NCBI GenBank assembly: GCA_950097015.1
Contig: CATNEN010000029.1
Location: 3,720,001 to 3,784,000, forward strand
Length of the DNA: 64,000 nucleotides
From: Macrostomum hystrix
Taxonomy: Eukaryota; Animalia; Platyhelminthes
Reading direction: 5' to 3'
The notes beneath the pieces are model-generated. The model saw nothing but the letters and a program-made list of their open reading frames with translations, made no database searches and was not told the DNA's origin. The translations under genes and the position numbers were made by a program. Below, one piece after another: positions 26,504 to 36,711 of the stretch (its first letter is position 1; each line of letters begins with the position of its first letter).

Positions 26504-26511
26504 TATATAAA
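26504..26511 (-). promoter_or_regulatory. TATA-like box upstream of the mosaic lectin gene
   Basis: TTTATATA(G) on the minus strand, about 95 bp upstream of the ATG at 26410. Confidence 0.4.
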
Positions 26512-27429
26512 GCAGTTCTCCCAAACCTAGTTTGAGTCTACCGCATCCGGGTTCTATCAACCTATTTTGGCAACGCTCCCCCAATCGGCGGGCTGTCTAA
26601 TGAGGCAGCCCTCCCAGCATAAACAGAAGCCTGTTTCTTCCCGTTGCTATGGACGGAGGCTGTCTTTAGAATCCCTTTGTAAAATGACAGATCTGTTTTT
26701 AACGTAGGAAAGAATTCTGAGACGAATAATTAGCCACTTTAGCAAACTTTTTGCTCCACAGGTCTTCACTGTAGGTGCCTCGCTAGCCTATTTCTTTATC
26801 GCCTCAATGGGCCCACAAAATGGAGCTGGGCCGGCGGGTTCTCCCATTGTCAACCCAGCGGTGCGCTTGGAACTAATTAATTTTGCATTCGCCTGGCCTA
26901 TGCCGGACAGTGGGAAGCCTAAATACTTGTTGGAAATATTGGTAAGCATGTTTTGTGAGTAGTTTCTCAAGAGTACTAAATTTTGCAGACGAGTTGGCCT
27001 GTGTGGAAGCTGCAATGCATCGCACGCATTTAGAAATTTTTAACCAGCAGGCTCTAGACTTGAAAGTCTAGTTCTGCTAAATTTGAATTTCCGCTACAAT
27101 ATGCAAAATTATTCCCGTGCTTTGACGTCGAGCTAATTAGCGAGAACTTTGAAACTGCATTAAAGCCGCATTTTTTCGTCTCTATAATTTATAAGTCGAA
27201 GCTTTAAGGTGCTCCTATCTAAGTGGTGCGTTGTGCCAACAAAGTTGTTGTGTGGCCAATTTTCTGTGAGTTCTTTTATCCGACTAATGCCGCCCAAGCT
27301 GTTGCTGGACCTCTTTCTTAGCTTAATTCTGACCAATCAATCTGTTCTTGTGGTTCCATATCTTTAATCGTCTAAGGATTATTATACACTGTACTATCTC
27401 ATTAAAGGTTTACTCTCCCTTATGGTAGG

Positions 27430-27745
27430 CATATGACGCAACTGACGAAACCTGACGTCGTCACTGCGAAAATCTGCGTCATAAATACCGGTAGCAATAT
27501 CCGTAACTGCGTCATTTTTTGCATCACTATCATGCGTCACAAAAATGACGCAGTTTCAAAATGTTTTGAGAAGTAGGAAATTAGAATTCTAGCAATGGGG
27601 ACTACTAATGAGTATTATATGCAGGGAGAGCCTATGAAGCGTTCGTCGATATTTAGGAGTGAAAAATGACGCTGTTGTGACAAAAAAGACGCTTTTTACA
27701 AAATCTGAGTTTGTTACGCTTTCTGACGCAGTGACGCAAACATTT
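27430..27745. mobile_element. TGACGC/GCGTCA-rich segment; possible subterminal region of a non-autonomous DNA element
   Basis: About ten TGACG(C)/(G)CGTCA motifs in both orientations; the same motif recurs at 30470-30530 and 37220-37310. No TIR or TSD identified. Confidence 0.35.
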
Positions 27746-27768
27746 TGTTATAACAAAAGGGTACGAAT

Positions 27769-28543
27769 TTGAAATGCGCAAGTGTAGAAAGAGTAATTCG
27801 GAGGCTAAATTTTTTGGAGACTAAAAACCGTGAATTAAACGATGCCGAGAAGCAACATCTTGTGAACTATGGAATGAATCACACAAGGGCTATTGCGCTC
27901 AAGTCTTACATGGCGAACACGGCTGCTTATGCCCGAGCCGCGAAGTCTGCGCTTGAGTCAACATTCGATACCGCTCTAGCGCAGCATGGTCAAGACAGTG
28001 TTGATGCACCGACATCCATTTGCTCAGCCGCCAAGAACTCGAGGTCTGCCAGTCGTAAGAAGGTCAACCAAGATGCTTCGGACGATAGAAAGAAAAATAA
28101 AGTAGTCCAAAGCAATGCTGGAAACCAGGTTGTGCGCAAGCGGCACTCATCTTCGTCCCAACCGCCACCGATCGATTCGTCAGAACCTGTACAGAAAAAG
28201 CTATCTGCTGAGATTTTTTACAGCAGCCGTCAACAACATGAACGTATGTGTAGAACACTAGAGTGCGGCGACATAATCAGCTCCAAGTACTCTACCTATC
28301 CGTTTTGGCCTGCTATGGTCTGCTTGTGACCCGGTTTCAGGAATTCAGATTCGTCGACGGGAAATTCACGTCCAGTTCTTCGAAACACCTCCAACCAGAA
28401 CGTGGATTATGTTCAGTAACATCCAGAGGTTCGAACCTCACACAAGACCAACTGGTGAAGGCGCTCTGCTATTCGAATTTATTCAGGCTTATGAAGCGAC
28501 GCTGTTCACGAATGCGGAAAGACTCGACCGTTATTTAATTTAG
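27769..28543 (+). pseudogene. Intronless PWWP-domain ORF interrupted by a +1 frameshift near 28321
   Basis: Frame 1 gives ...LECGDIISSKYSTYPFWPAMV. Frame 2 continues CDPVSGIQIRRREIHVQFFETPPTRTWIMFSNIQRF...EATLFTNAERLDRYLI*. Together they match the PWWP consensus (YPxWPamvc.DP...HVQFF...R.W). Confidence 0.75.
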
Positions 28544-28732
28544 ACCTATTTAATTGATAGAAAAACTAATTAAAGCCCTGCTGATCTCTGCTGCGTATTG
28601 CTATTTCTGAAATAATTCCTTTAATTAGAAGGCGTAAAAGTTGTCAAGCGGTTGCCGTGCTCTATCAGCATTACTCGCTAGTAAGAAGTCAGGAAATTAG
28701 TTGAAAATATATTTTAAAAGTCAGTAAAAACT

Positions 28733-29959
28733 GTAGCAAATCTGACGCGTCACAAGGTAGTAGCTGATTGAAAAGGACGGTAGCAAATCTGACGCGTCAC
28801 AAGGTAGTAGCTGATTGAAAAGGACGGTAGCAAATCTGACGAGTCACAAGGTAGTAGCTGATTGAAAAGGACGGTAGCAAATCTGACGCGTCACAAGGTA
28901 GTAGCTGATTGAAAAGTATGGTAGCAAATCTGACGCGTCACAAGGTAGTAGCTGATTGAAAAGGACGGTAGCAAATCTGACGCGTCACAATGTAGTAGCT
29001 GATTGAAAAGGACGGTAGCAAATCTGACGCGTCACAAGGTAGTAGCTGATTGAAAAGGATGGTAGCAAATCTGACGCGTCACAAGGTAGTAGCTGATTGA
29101 AAAGGACGGTAGCAAATCTGACGCGTCACAATGTAGTAGCTGATTGAAAAGGACGGTAGCAAATCTGACGCGTCACAAGGTAGTAGCTGATTGAAAAGGA
29201 TGGTAGCAAATCTGACGCGTCACAAGGTAGTAGCTGATTGAAAAGGACGGTAGCAAATCTGACGCGTCACAATGTAGTAGCTGATTGAAAAGGACGGTAG
29301 CAAATCTGACGCGTCACAAGGTAGTAGCTGATTGAAAAGGACGGTAGCAAATCTGACGAGTCACAAGGTAGTAGCTGATTGAAAAGGACGGTAGCAAATC
29401 TGACGCGTCACAAGGTAGTAGCTGATTGAAAAGTATGGTAGCAAATCTGACGCGTCACAAGGTAGTAGCTGATTGAAAAGGACGGTAGCAAATCTGACGC
29501 GTCACAATGTAGTAGCTGATTGAAAAGGACGGTAGCAAATCTGACGCGTCACAAGGTAGTAGCTGATTGAAAAGGATGGTAGCAAATCTGACGCGTCACA
29601 AGGTAGTAGCTGATTGAAAAGGACGGTAGCAAATCTGACGCGTCACAAGGTAGTAGCTGATTGAAAAGGACGGTAGCAAATCTGACGCGTCACAAGGTAG
29701 TAGCTGATTGAAAAGGACGGTAGCAAATCTGACGCGTCACAATGTAGTAGCTGATTGAAAAGGACGGTAGCAAATCTGACGCGTCACAAGGTAGTAGCTG
29801 ATTGAAAAGGACGGTAGCAAATCTGACGCGTCACAATGTAGTAGCTGATTGAAAAGGACGGTAGCAAATCTGACGCGTCACAAGGTAGTAGCTGATTGAA
29901 AAGGATGGTAGCAAATCTGACGCGTCACAAGGTAGTAGCTGATTGAAAAGGACGGTAGC
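28733..29959. repeat. 47-bp tandem satellite, about 26 copies
   Basis: Unit GTAGCAAATCTGACGCGTCACAAGGTAGTAGCTGATTGAAAAGGACG; the array resumes for about 1.5 units after each LTR. Confidence 0.95.
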
Positions 29960-30263
29960 TGTCGTTTGTGACAATAATTTCAAAGTTAGGTTAGTTGAAG
30001 TAGAAGGCTGTAGTTGATCGTTATTAACAGAGTTTATTTGTAGATTATTAAACGGTTGAACGGATCGTGAGAGCATAGCGCATTTGTCTCTTGAATATAA
30101 TTTAGGGGTTTTGAACCTAGACAATACTGTACTGGGCTAAAGAAAGCATTCTAGAATATTCTAGAATGGTGTTGCTATTTTTAGAAGCGTGCGCATCAAC
30201 TGGGGAAGGAAAGCTAGGCAAACGATAAGGGCGGTTTTATGGAGGTTCAGTCTGAACCCGACA
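29960..30263 (-). repeat. Full LTR copy (left)
   Basis: No difference found by eye from 36712-37015; flanked by GTAGC on both sides. Confidence 0.95.
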
Positions 30264-30541
30264 GTAGCAAATCTGACGCGTCACAAGGTAGTAGCTGATT
30301 GAAAAGAATGGTAGCAAATCTGAAGCGTCACATTTTCAGATAATTTGCTTATTGTACTCTTGAATTAAAGCGGATGCTTTTAGGGCTACATGTATTTATC
30401 TTTGTGACACTTTTTAGGTGCGCATGCTGAGGCCAAGATGGTTAGGATTAGGGTTAGGGGGGTTTATAGCTGCGTCACGCTCAAATTTGTTTCATTCTCG
30501 TAGGACACACTGCGTCATTTCTTGCGTCATGATTTTAAACT
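30264..30541. repeat. 278-bp duplicate of the right-hand flank (37016-37293)
   Basis: Identical by eye to 37016-37293; followed by about 21 bp of AT-rich filler and a 39-bp LTR end (30563-30601). Confidence 0.9.
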
Positions 30542-30782
30542 ATTTTAAAACTTTTATTTAAAATAAGGGCGGTTTTATGGAGGTTCAGTCTGAACCCGAC
30601 AAGCTGGGGCGCCGGAAGTGCAAGCTAAAAAAAAAAAACGCAAGTTGAAGGTGTGAATTGGGATCGCAAATGGGTAGTAGGGTGGGTAGTAGGTTAATAA
30701 CGCAAATAGGTAATAGTGTAAACTGATAAAGAAGCATGCATGAACGTCCTTTAGTCACATTAGTCAATTGAGTCTCTGTCAG

Positions 30783-33700
30783 TCAGTCCAGTAAGGCGCT
30801 GCGTATAATGTTCCGGCGTTGCGCACGCTTGGCCCGGGTGGACATTTCTGGTGTTCTTGGATGCATGCTTAAGTCCGGAGTCGGCCCAGCGTCTTGAGCT
30901 TCCAACGGTGCTGTAGCATCGAAGTCTGTGTCTGCTGTCACGTTCGGTGAGGCGCCGTTGATGTCGAGATCTACCTCGAGAGGAACGAGATGAGCTACTG
31001 CTCGGCAGGACTCGTTACCACTGCTTGTGCGCACGGTGACATAGCGTATGATACCATTGGCGTCTGGGTGTGTGGTAACGACCCGACAGGTCTTCCATGA
31101 CCCACGTGGTGTGTTCTCAGCGAGAAGGTAGAACTGACCGACTCGAGGTTCAACCCTGCGGTCGGGAAAGCGAGTACTATTGCTCAGATGAACGTTTTGA
31201 AGATGTTGTATGTACTCGCGTCGCCAGCGATGCCAAAAGGAGTCGACGATCTGTTCCCGGTGACGGTAAGCCGCTCGGAGTCTGTCTGCAGTCGTAGAAC
31301 CTGTTGGCAAGATGTTGCCTTCGGGCGCACTAGGCACATCAAGCCGAGACGATGGTGCGATAAGGCACGCGGGCGTGATCGGACGTGGGTCCTTCGGGTC
31401 GCTGCTCAATGACGTCAATGGGCGACTGTTGATGACCGCCTCTATCTTGCAGAGAAGTGTAGTGAGTTCCTCATCGGTGATGCGACGGTGCCAAAGAGCT
31501 GGGCGAAGACTTGATTTGACCATAGCCACCAGACGTTCTACGGCTCCTTGATGCCACGGTGACCGAGCCGGGGCAAACCTGAAGTGGAGCTTTTTGACTG
31601 CAGCGAACGGTTGGAGGTCGCTGTATAACTTACTCTGGAAGGCTGGAGAGAGAAGGGTGTCAACGACTTTTGCAGTGGCTTGGAACGCAGTGGCTTGATC
31701 AAGGAAAATGGTGCCCTCAGTTAGACCTCGGCGTGCCCAGAAGCGTTCAAATGCATGTAGTACGGCGTCTGCTGAATAATCGTGCAGGAGCTCGATATGA
31801 ACTGCTCGACTGGTCGCACAGCAGAGGAGTAGGGCCCAACGTTTTCGAGTAAGCTGTGTTCTGGGATCGAAGGTGTAGATCGGTCCTAGCTGGTCGACGA
31901 GAATCGAATTAAAGGCAGGTTGGGACGAGTCGAGGCGTTCGGGTGGAAGCTGGCCATGTGATGGACGTGGAAGTGTTGTTGCCTTAGAGAGACGGCATTC
32001 CCAACATCCTCGGACAACGTTGCGGACAGTTAAAAGTCCACGGGCGACCCAGAATCGTTCACGGAAACGGCTAAGTACAGTACCCGCTGATGCATGCTCT
32101 TCTTGACGATGGATATACATTATAATGAGACTAGTGAGGCGATGATCAGCCGGCAATAGCAGAGGATGAGTTGAGTCTGCACTAATCGTGGCGTTCGTGA
32201 GCCGGGAACCTAGCCGTAGATATCCACTTTCATCTCTGAATAGATCCAACTGGTGGATGAGCTTACACGACTTGTGCCTTCCGTTAGCTAGTGCGGCAAA
32301 CACATCAGCAAAGTGAATTTCTTGAACGTGCTGGATCCATAGCATTAGAGCCATTTCTCGCTCGATAGCGTCGGGAATGCCTTTGCTGCTGCTGTGCTTC
32401 GCGAACCGGAGGACATAAGACGTCGTGCCAAGGAGGGAATGGAGTCGTGAGAAACGGTAGAGATCCATGACCGATGGAGCACCTGCTCCAATAGCTGTCG
32501 CCGTGGTGTTCAAGGATGTTGCCTTGCAGACTTTGCTCTCTGATTGAGTATTACTGTCCGATTGGTTGCCTTGTGGAGCCGGGTTCCAGGAAGGCCAGTT
32601 CTCGTAGGGCTGTTGTAGGAAGGCAGGACCTCTGTAGAAGTCTGAGCCGATGAGCTGAGAGAGACCTAGCGGCTTAGTGCAGTAGTCAGCAGGATTGTCC
32701 TTAGTGTGGACGTAGCGACGGTCTGTTGTAAGGTTCGAATTCCGAATCTCTTGTACTCGCCGTTCTTCATATGGCCGAAGGTTCTTACCGTTCTGGATCC
32801 AGTGAAGGACGATCTGAGAGTCGATATAGTGAGTAACACCGACGATGTTCAGATGCGGGACTAGCATTTCGTGAAGGAGCGCCGTAGTCCGATTGGCCAG
32901 GAGTGCGGCCCATAGCTCGATGCGCGGAACCGTTATGAGAAGGTTTTTCTTTCCAGACGGTACGAGACGTGACTTGGCTAGGATGAGATTACAGGTTGAT
33001 CGGTCGTCGATCGTCTGCTGAACGTAGACAACAAAGCCGTACGCTTGGGTCGAGCCGTCACTGAAGACGATCAGCCGACAGGGTTTCGCTCTGTTCTCAA
33101 TGCAGTAGCGAGGCACGGCAATGCGATCGACCGCCGTAAATTCCTGATGAAGCCTTGTCCATGCTGCAGTCGTTTCAGCGTCAGCAAGCTTGTCCCATGG
33201 GTCGTTGGGCTTGAATGCCTTGTAATAGAGCAGGCGTCCTGCCAGTACTAGTGGGGCTGCGTACCCGAACGGATCGTAGATCTTACAGATCGCGCTGAGA
33301 AGTTGGACGCGAGTGAGTCCATCCGTCATTGGGATATCAGGTTTGGTGAGATGCAACACGTCGAGGGTTGTATCCCACGTGATACCTAAGTTTTTAACTT
33401 CGGTTCGTGAGATTCGATCTTCCAGGGGAACATTCACCAGGGCCTCTCGGTCATTAGCGGCGAATTCTCGAAGGTTGAAGCAAGCAGAACGGAAGAGTGT
33501 GCGAAGACCATTGACCAAACGAGGGCCTTCATCTGACTTGTCGTAGCCAATCACGAGATTGTCAACATACAAACCGCTTGGAATTGAAGCAATCTCTTGG
33601 CGAGAAAGGCCGAAACTCCCAGTTTCCGTAGCGTCAAGACAGAGCTTGAGAATTACCGCTTGTAAGATCCATGGTGATGGGCTGGCACCCATGACGATGC

Positions 33701-36623
33701 GGGTGAAACGCCAGAGCTGCCAATTGTCCTGGCTGAACGGCTTCGAGTGGTCTTTCGGTAAGATAATTCGCAAGGCATCCCGGAACTCTGGGTGAACACA
33801 GATCTGGTAAAATGCTGATTGCAGATCGCTTACGCAGGCGTATTTGAAAAGGCGTAGGCGGAGCTGGACTTGAAGAAGGCTAGTCAAAAGGTTCGGTCCG
33901 GTCTCAAGAAGATCATTTAGGCAAGGCCCGTTAAGTGACGTACGAGCTGAGGCGTCGACCACAGGACGAACCTTGGTGGTGCTCGAGGTGTGCTTGAACA
34001 CCGGGAAGTGTGGCAGTACATGTACAACCTGGCCTTTTGGCTGGGTCCCATCCACAGGTTCTAACACACCTTCTTCGATTCGCTTATGGAACTCACCGTA
34101 GTACTGGTTTCGTTGTTCCGGCGAAAGGCGACGATGAATGGCCTGTGCTCGGCCAAATGCTTGTCCAAAGTTAGACGGAAGCCTCTCAATTCCGGGTTTA
34201 AGGGGTAGAGCTACGGAGAACCGACCGTCGGTCCCACGAGTGGTGGTATCGATAAGTTGCTTTGTGAGTCGTTCACCATTGAGATTCAGTGTCTCTGCTC
34301 CCTTTTCCAGACCAAGAAGGTCCAGGCTTGTCATGCGTTCGACGAGTTCTTCCAGGTTGGGCTGGCGGATGTTGCAAAACAAGGAAGATGTTGGGATTTG
34401 ACCGCCTTGAAAACCGGGTGTACCTTCTAATGAGCCGGTGAGAACAATGCCAAAGGGTGTGAGGTGCGCAGTGAAGGTAGGTCGCAAGGAAATCGCGCTG
34501 ATACCTGGGCCGATAAGGAGCTGCGCATAGTCACTACCGATGATAAGGTCAAGCTCCATTTCATCATTCTCCGCTGGCGGAATGTTTTGAACATCTTGAG
34601 GCAAGCAAGCAAGGGTGGCTTGTATGTCCTTCGGTAAGGTGACTGCTGGTATGTGGATAGATGGTGCCACGACTTCCGTGGAGAGAGCCTTGATTGGCAT
34701 ACGGCGACCGTCTTTAGTAGATAGCTCCAGAAGAACGATTTCGGCTTGGACTTGTCGTCGTGTGGCGCTATGGCATGAAGAGCTGTCCAGCGTAACCTTG
34801 CCGTAGACCTTGAGACCGAGCTTGCGGGCGATGTCTCGCTTCAGGTAAGAGTAGGAACTGCCTCCATCAATAAGCGCACTGACGGGTGTCGACGTTCCGG
34901 TACATGGGTTGACCGCAGGTGCGGTGAAGGTTGCCATGACTGAAGGTCCAAGATGGCCATCCTGAGTGGTTGAGAAGCAGGAAACTGCGTTGATTTGGCT
35001 GGTATTTGTGATGGCGGGCTGAGACTCAGGAGTCATTGCTGCGTTAAGGTGACTATTTGTTTTGGGAGTAGTGCTGGTGGAGTGAGCGCTCGGGGTACTG
35101 CGCTTCGGCTCACTTAGTGTAGCACCGTGAATAGTGGTGTGGTGTTTGCCCTTGCACTCTCGGCACCGGAACCGGGAGAAGCATTGCTGAATTTCATGTC
35201 CACGGAGACAATTGAAACATAGCTTCTTGCGCCGCAGAATCTTGAGTTTGGCGTCTGGTGAAGATACACGGGTGCAGTGGAAGACGTCGTGATCTGTCTC
35301 GTCACAGTAAACGCAGTTAGGTCGTAATGCTTGACCACTGTTATTTGGAATCTTCAAACTGTGGCCCGGAGAACGCCAGGTGATATTTCTCGGCAGGTTG
35401 GATCTAGAGACGCGACTCGACTTAGATTTGAGACTGGAGTGGGTAGATGAGGCCGCGTTGAAAAGGCTAGCTCCAGCGAAAGGTGTAGAAATCGTACCGA
35501 TTGTTTGTTTGGCGACCCGAAGTGCGCGGAGCTTGATGTCCAGGTAGTCTTGTAGTTCCACCATGGTGGGCATTAGCGGCTTTGCGGCTTTGATCCGTTG
35601 ATCCTGTAGGTCCATCTGTACAGATGCTGGGAGCTTTGGCAAGATGGCGAAGACGTAGGCATCTACAGCCGCTGTAGGCTCACCAAGCCGTGCGAGTTGA
35701 CCAATAGTAAGACGGAGGTCGTCCGTGAATTCCTCGAAAGAATGATACTCAAACTCAATGAGTTGATGCATGCCGAGGAGGCGCTTGTAGCAAGCACTCT
35801 TTTGCTCCTGAGAGTCGCCATAGTTGATCTGGAGAATTCGACACGCCTCTTGGAAGGCGCCCTGTTGGCAGGCGTCCAACCCACCTAGCTTCTTGAGGGC
35901 ATTCCCGGAGAGTAGGCCCCGTAGGGCCTCGAACTTGTCGACCTCGGAGTAATCGACTTGATTGATTCGGTGACAGAAAGAATTCCAGAAGGCGGGGAAG
36001 CTTGCCGGATCTTCCCCGTCAAATGGTTGGAGCTGCACCTTACGTAGGATGGTGTCACTTAGTAGCGACGCTGGCCGCTGGGCCAGCTGGGTGCTGGAAG
36101 TCAGCGGAGAATTGGAAGGTGCCGGTGGGTTCTGGCGGATACTGAGCTGCTGCAGCATCTGCTGATTCTGTTGCATGAGTGCAGTCATGGCGCCTAGAAT
36201 CTGCTGCATACAGTCTGGTTGCTGTGTCGCTGTCTGAGAAATCGGAAGCGTACCTGAGCTGGGCATCCGTGCTGAATGAGTCGACTCAGGTAAAAGGTAG
36301 CTGGTTCGATTCGGAGACCAGACGGAAGTGGCAGTTGCTGGCGGCGTGCTGGACTGTTGAGAGTTGGCGAGACTGGCGTTGCGGCTGGTGTCGCCCGAAA
36401 TAGCCGTGCCTTGGTGGCTGCTAGGAATTTGTTGCAAGGTATTGGCAGGCAGTGAAGCGGTTGAAGGTCCAGGGTTGGTCGGCTGTGGCGTTGCGTTTGC
36501 GGCATCTCCGAGAGCGCGTGCGGAAGCTGTGTGCATGTTGCTGCGAGTGCCTTTGCTGTGTGCGGGCTTAGCAACGGTTGCCGATCGCTTGGATGTGGAT
36601 GTGTGGCCCTTCCGAATTACCAT
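30783..36623 (-). CDS. BEL/Pao Gag-Pol polyprotein (1946 aa)
   Basis: Gag FDGEDPASFPAFW; three zinc knuckles (CVYC..H...C, CFNC..H...C, CREC..HH); protease LIDGGS; RT DLQSAFYQI and YVDN; RNase H FSDGSTQAYG, PRIEL, DNPAD; integrase H..H..CWEC, VDQLGP, PWHQGAVERLV; C-terminal FWHRWRREY. No stop or frameshift. Confidence 0.97.
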   Translation of the reverse strand: MVIRKGHTSTSKRSATVAKPAHSKGTRSNMHTASARALGDAANATPQPTNPGPSTASLPANTLQQIPSSHQGTAISGDTSRNASLANSQQSSTPPATATSVWSPNRTSYLLPESTHSARMPSSGTLPISQTATQQPDCMQQILGAMTALMQQNQQMLQQLSIRQNPPAPSNSPLTSSTQLAQRPASLLSDTILRKVQLQPFDGEDPASFPAFWNSFCHRINQVDYSEVDKFEALRGLLSGNALKKLGGLDACQQGAFQEACRILQINYGDSQEQKSACYKRLLGMHQLIEFEYHSFEEFTDDLRLTIGQLARLGEPTAAVDAYVFAILPKLPASVQMDLQDQRIKAAKPLMPTMVELQDYLDIKLRALRVAKQTIGTISTPFAGASLFNAASSTHSSLKSKSSRVSRSNLPRNITWRSPGHSLKIPNNSGQALRPNCVYCDETDHDVFHCTRVSSPDAKLKILRRKKLCFNCLRGHEIQQCFSRFRCRECKGKHHTTIHGATLSEPKRSTPSAHSTSTTPKTNSHLNAAMTPESQPAITNTSQINAVSCFSTTQDGHLGPSVMATFTAPAVNPCTGTSTPVSALIDGGSSYSYLKRDIARKLGLKVYGKVTLDSSSCHSATRRQVQAEIVLLELSTKDGRRMPIKALSTEVVAPSIHIPAVTLPKDIQATLACLPQDVQNIPPAENDEMELDLIIGSDYAQLLIGPGISAISLRPTFTAHLTPFGIVLTGSLEGTPGFQGGQIPTSSLFCNIRQPNLEELVERMTSLDLLGLEKGAETLNLNGERLTKQLIDTTTRGTDGRFSVALPLKPGIERLPSNFGQAFGRAQAIHRRLSPEQRNQYYGEFHKRIEEGVLEPVDGTQPKGQVVHVLPHFPVFKHTSSTTKVRPVVDASARTSLNGPCLNDLLETGPNLLTSLLQVQLRLRLFKYACVSDLQSAFYQICVHPEFRDALRIILPKDHSKPFSQDNWQLWRFTRIVMGASPSPWILQAVILKLCLDATETGSFGLSRQEIASIPSGLYVDNLVIGYDKSDEGPRLVNGLRTLFRSACFNLREFAANDREALVNVPLEDRISRTEVKNLGITWDTTLDVLHLTKPDIPMTDGLTRVQLLSAICKIYDPFGYAAPLVLAGRLLYYKAFKPNDPWDKLADAETTAAWTRLHQEFTAVDRIAVPRYCIENRAKPCRLIVFSDGSTQAYGFVVYVQQTIDDRSTCNLILAKSRLVPSGKKNLLITVPRIELWAALLANRTTALLHEMLVPHLNIVGVTHYIDSQIVLHWIQNGKNLRPYEERRVQEIRNSNLTTDRRYVHTKDNPADYCTKPLGLSQLIGSDFYRGPAFLQQPYENWPSWNPAPQGNQSDSNTQSESKVCKATSLNTTATAIGAGAPSVMDLYRFSRLHSLLGTTSYVLRFAKHSSSKGIPDAIEREMALMLWIQHVQEIHFADVFAALANGRHKSCKLIHQLDLFRDESGYLRLGSRLTNATISADSTHPLLLPADHRLTSLIIMYIHRQEEHASAGTVLSRFRERFWVARGLLTVRNVVRGCWECRLSKATTLPRPSHGQLPPERLDSSQPAFNSILVDQLGPIYTFDPRTQLTRKRWALLLCCATSRAVHIELLHDYSADAVLHAFERFWARRGLTEGTIFLDQATAFQATAKVVDTLLSPAFQSKLYSDLQPFAAVKKLHFRFAPARSPWHQGAVERLVAMVKSSLRPALWHRRITDEELTTLLCKIEAVINSRPLTSLSSDPKDPRPITPACLIAPSSRLDVPSAPEGNILPTGSTTADRLRAAYRHREQIVDSFWHRWRREYIQHLQNVHLSNSTRFPDRRVEPRVGQFYLLAENTPRGSWKTCRVVTTHPDANGIIRYVTVRTSSGNESCRAVAHLVPLEVDLDINGASPNVTADTDFDATAPLEAQDAGPTPDLSMHPRTPEMSTRAKRAQRRNIIRSALLD

Positions 36624-36691
36624 TTGGTTCGCGCTGATACGAAGCTGAATTGAGGTGTAGAACTTTAAGGCGGGCAGTTAAGCAGGCCTTT

Positions 36692-36709
36692 AACCACGCT
36701 CTGCTACCA
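36692..36709 (-). other. Primer-binding site complementary to the initiator tRNA-Met 3' end
   Basis: TGGTAGCAGAGCGTGGTT begins 2 nt after the 5' LTR and matches the conserved tRNA-iMet 3' end (..CUCUGCUACCA). Confidence 0.85.
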
Positions 36710-36711
36710 TT

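Noticed and set aside
26280-26600. TATA-containing segment first taken for a solo LTR
   Set aside because: No TG..CA ends or TSD; better explained as the promoter and signal-peptide exon of the lectin gene on the minus strand.
28760-28800. CTGATTGA/GAAA resembling a hammerhead ribozyme core in the satellite
   Set aside because: Does not match CUGANGA, and there is no stem II between the two motifs.
28733-29959. Regular repeat array resembling a CRISPR array
   Set aside because: Units are contiguous with no unique spacers, there are no cas genes, and the context is eukaryotic.
31097-36648. Many short plus-strand and alternate-frame ORFs within the retrotransposon
   Set aside because: Shadow ORFs of the GC-rich gag-pol; no env-like or other recognisable product.
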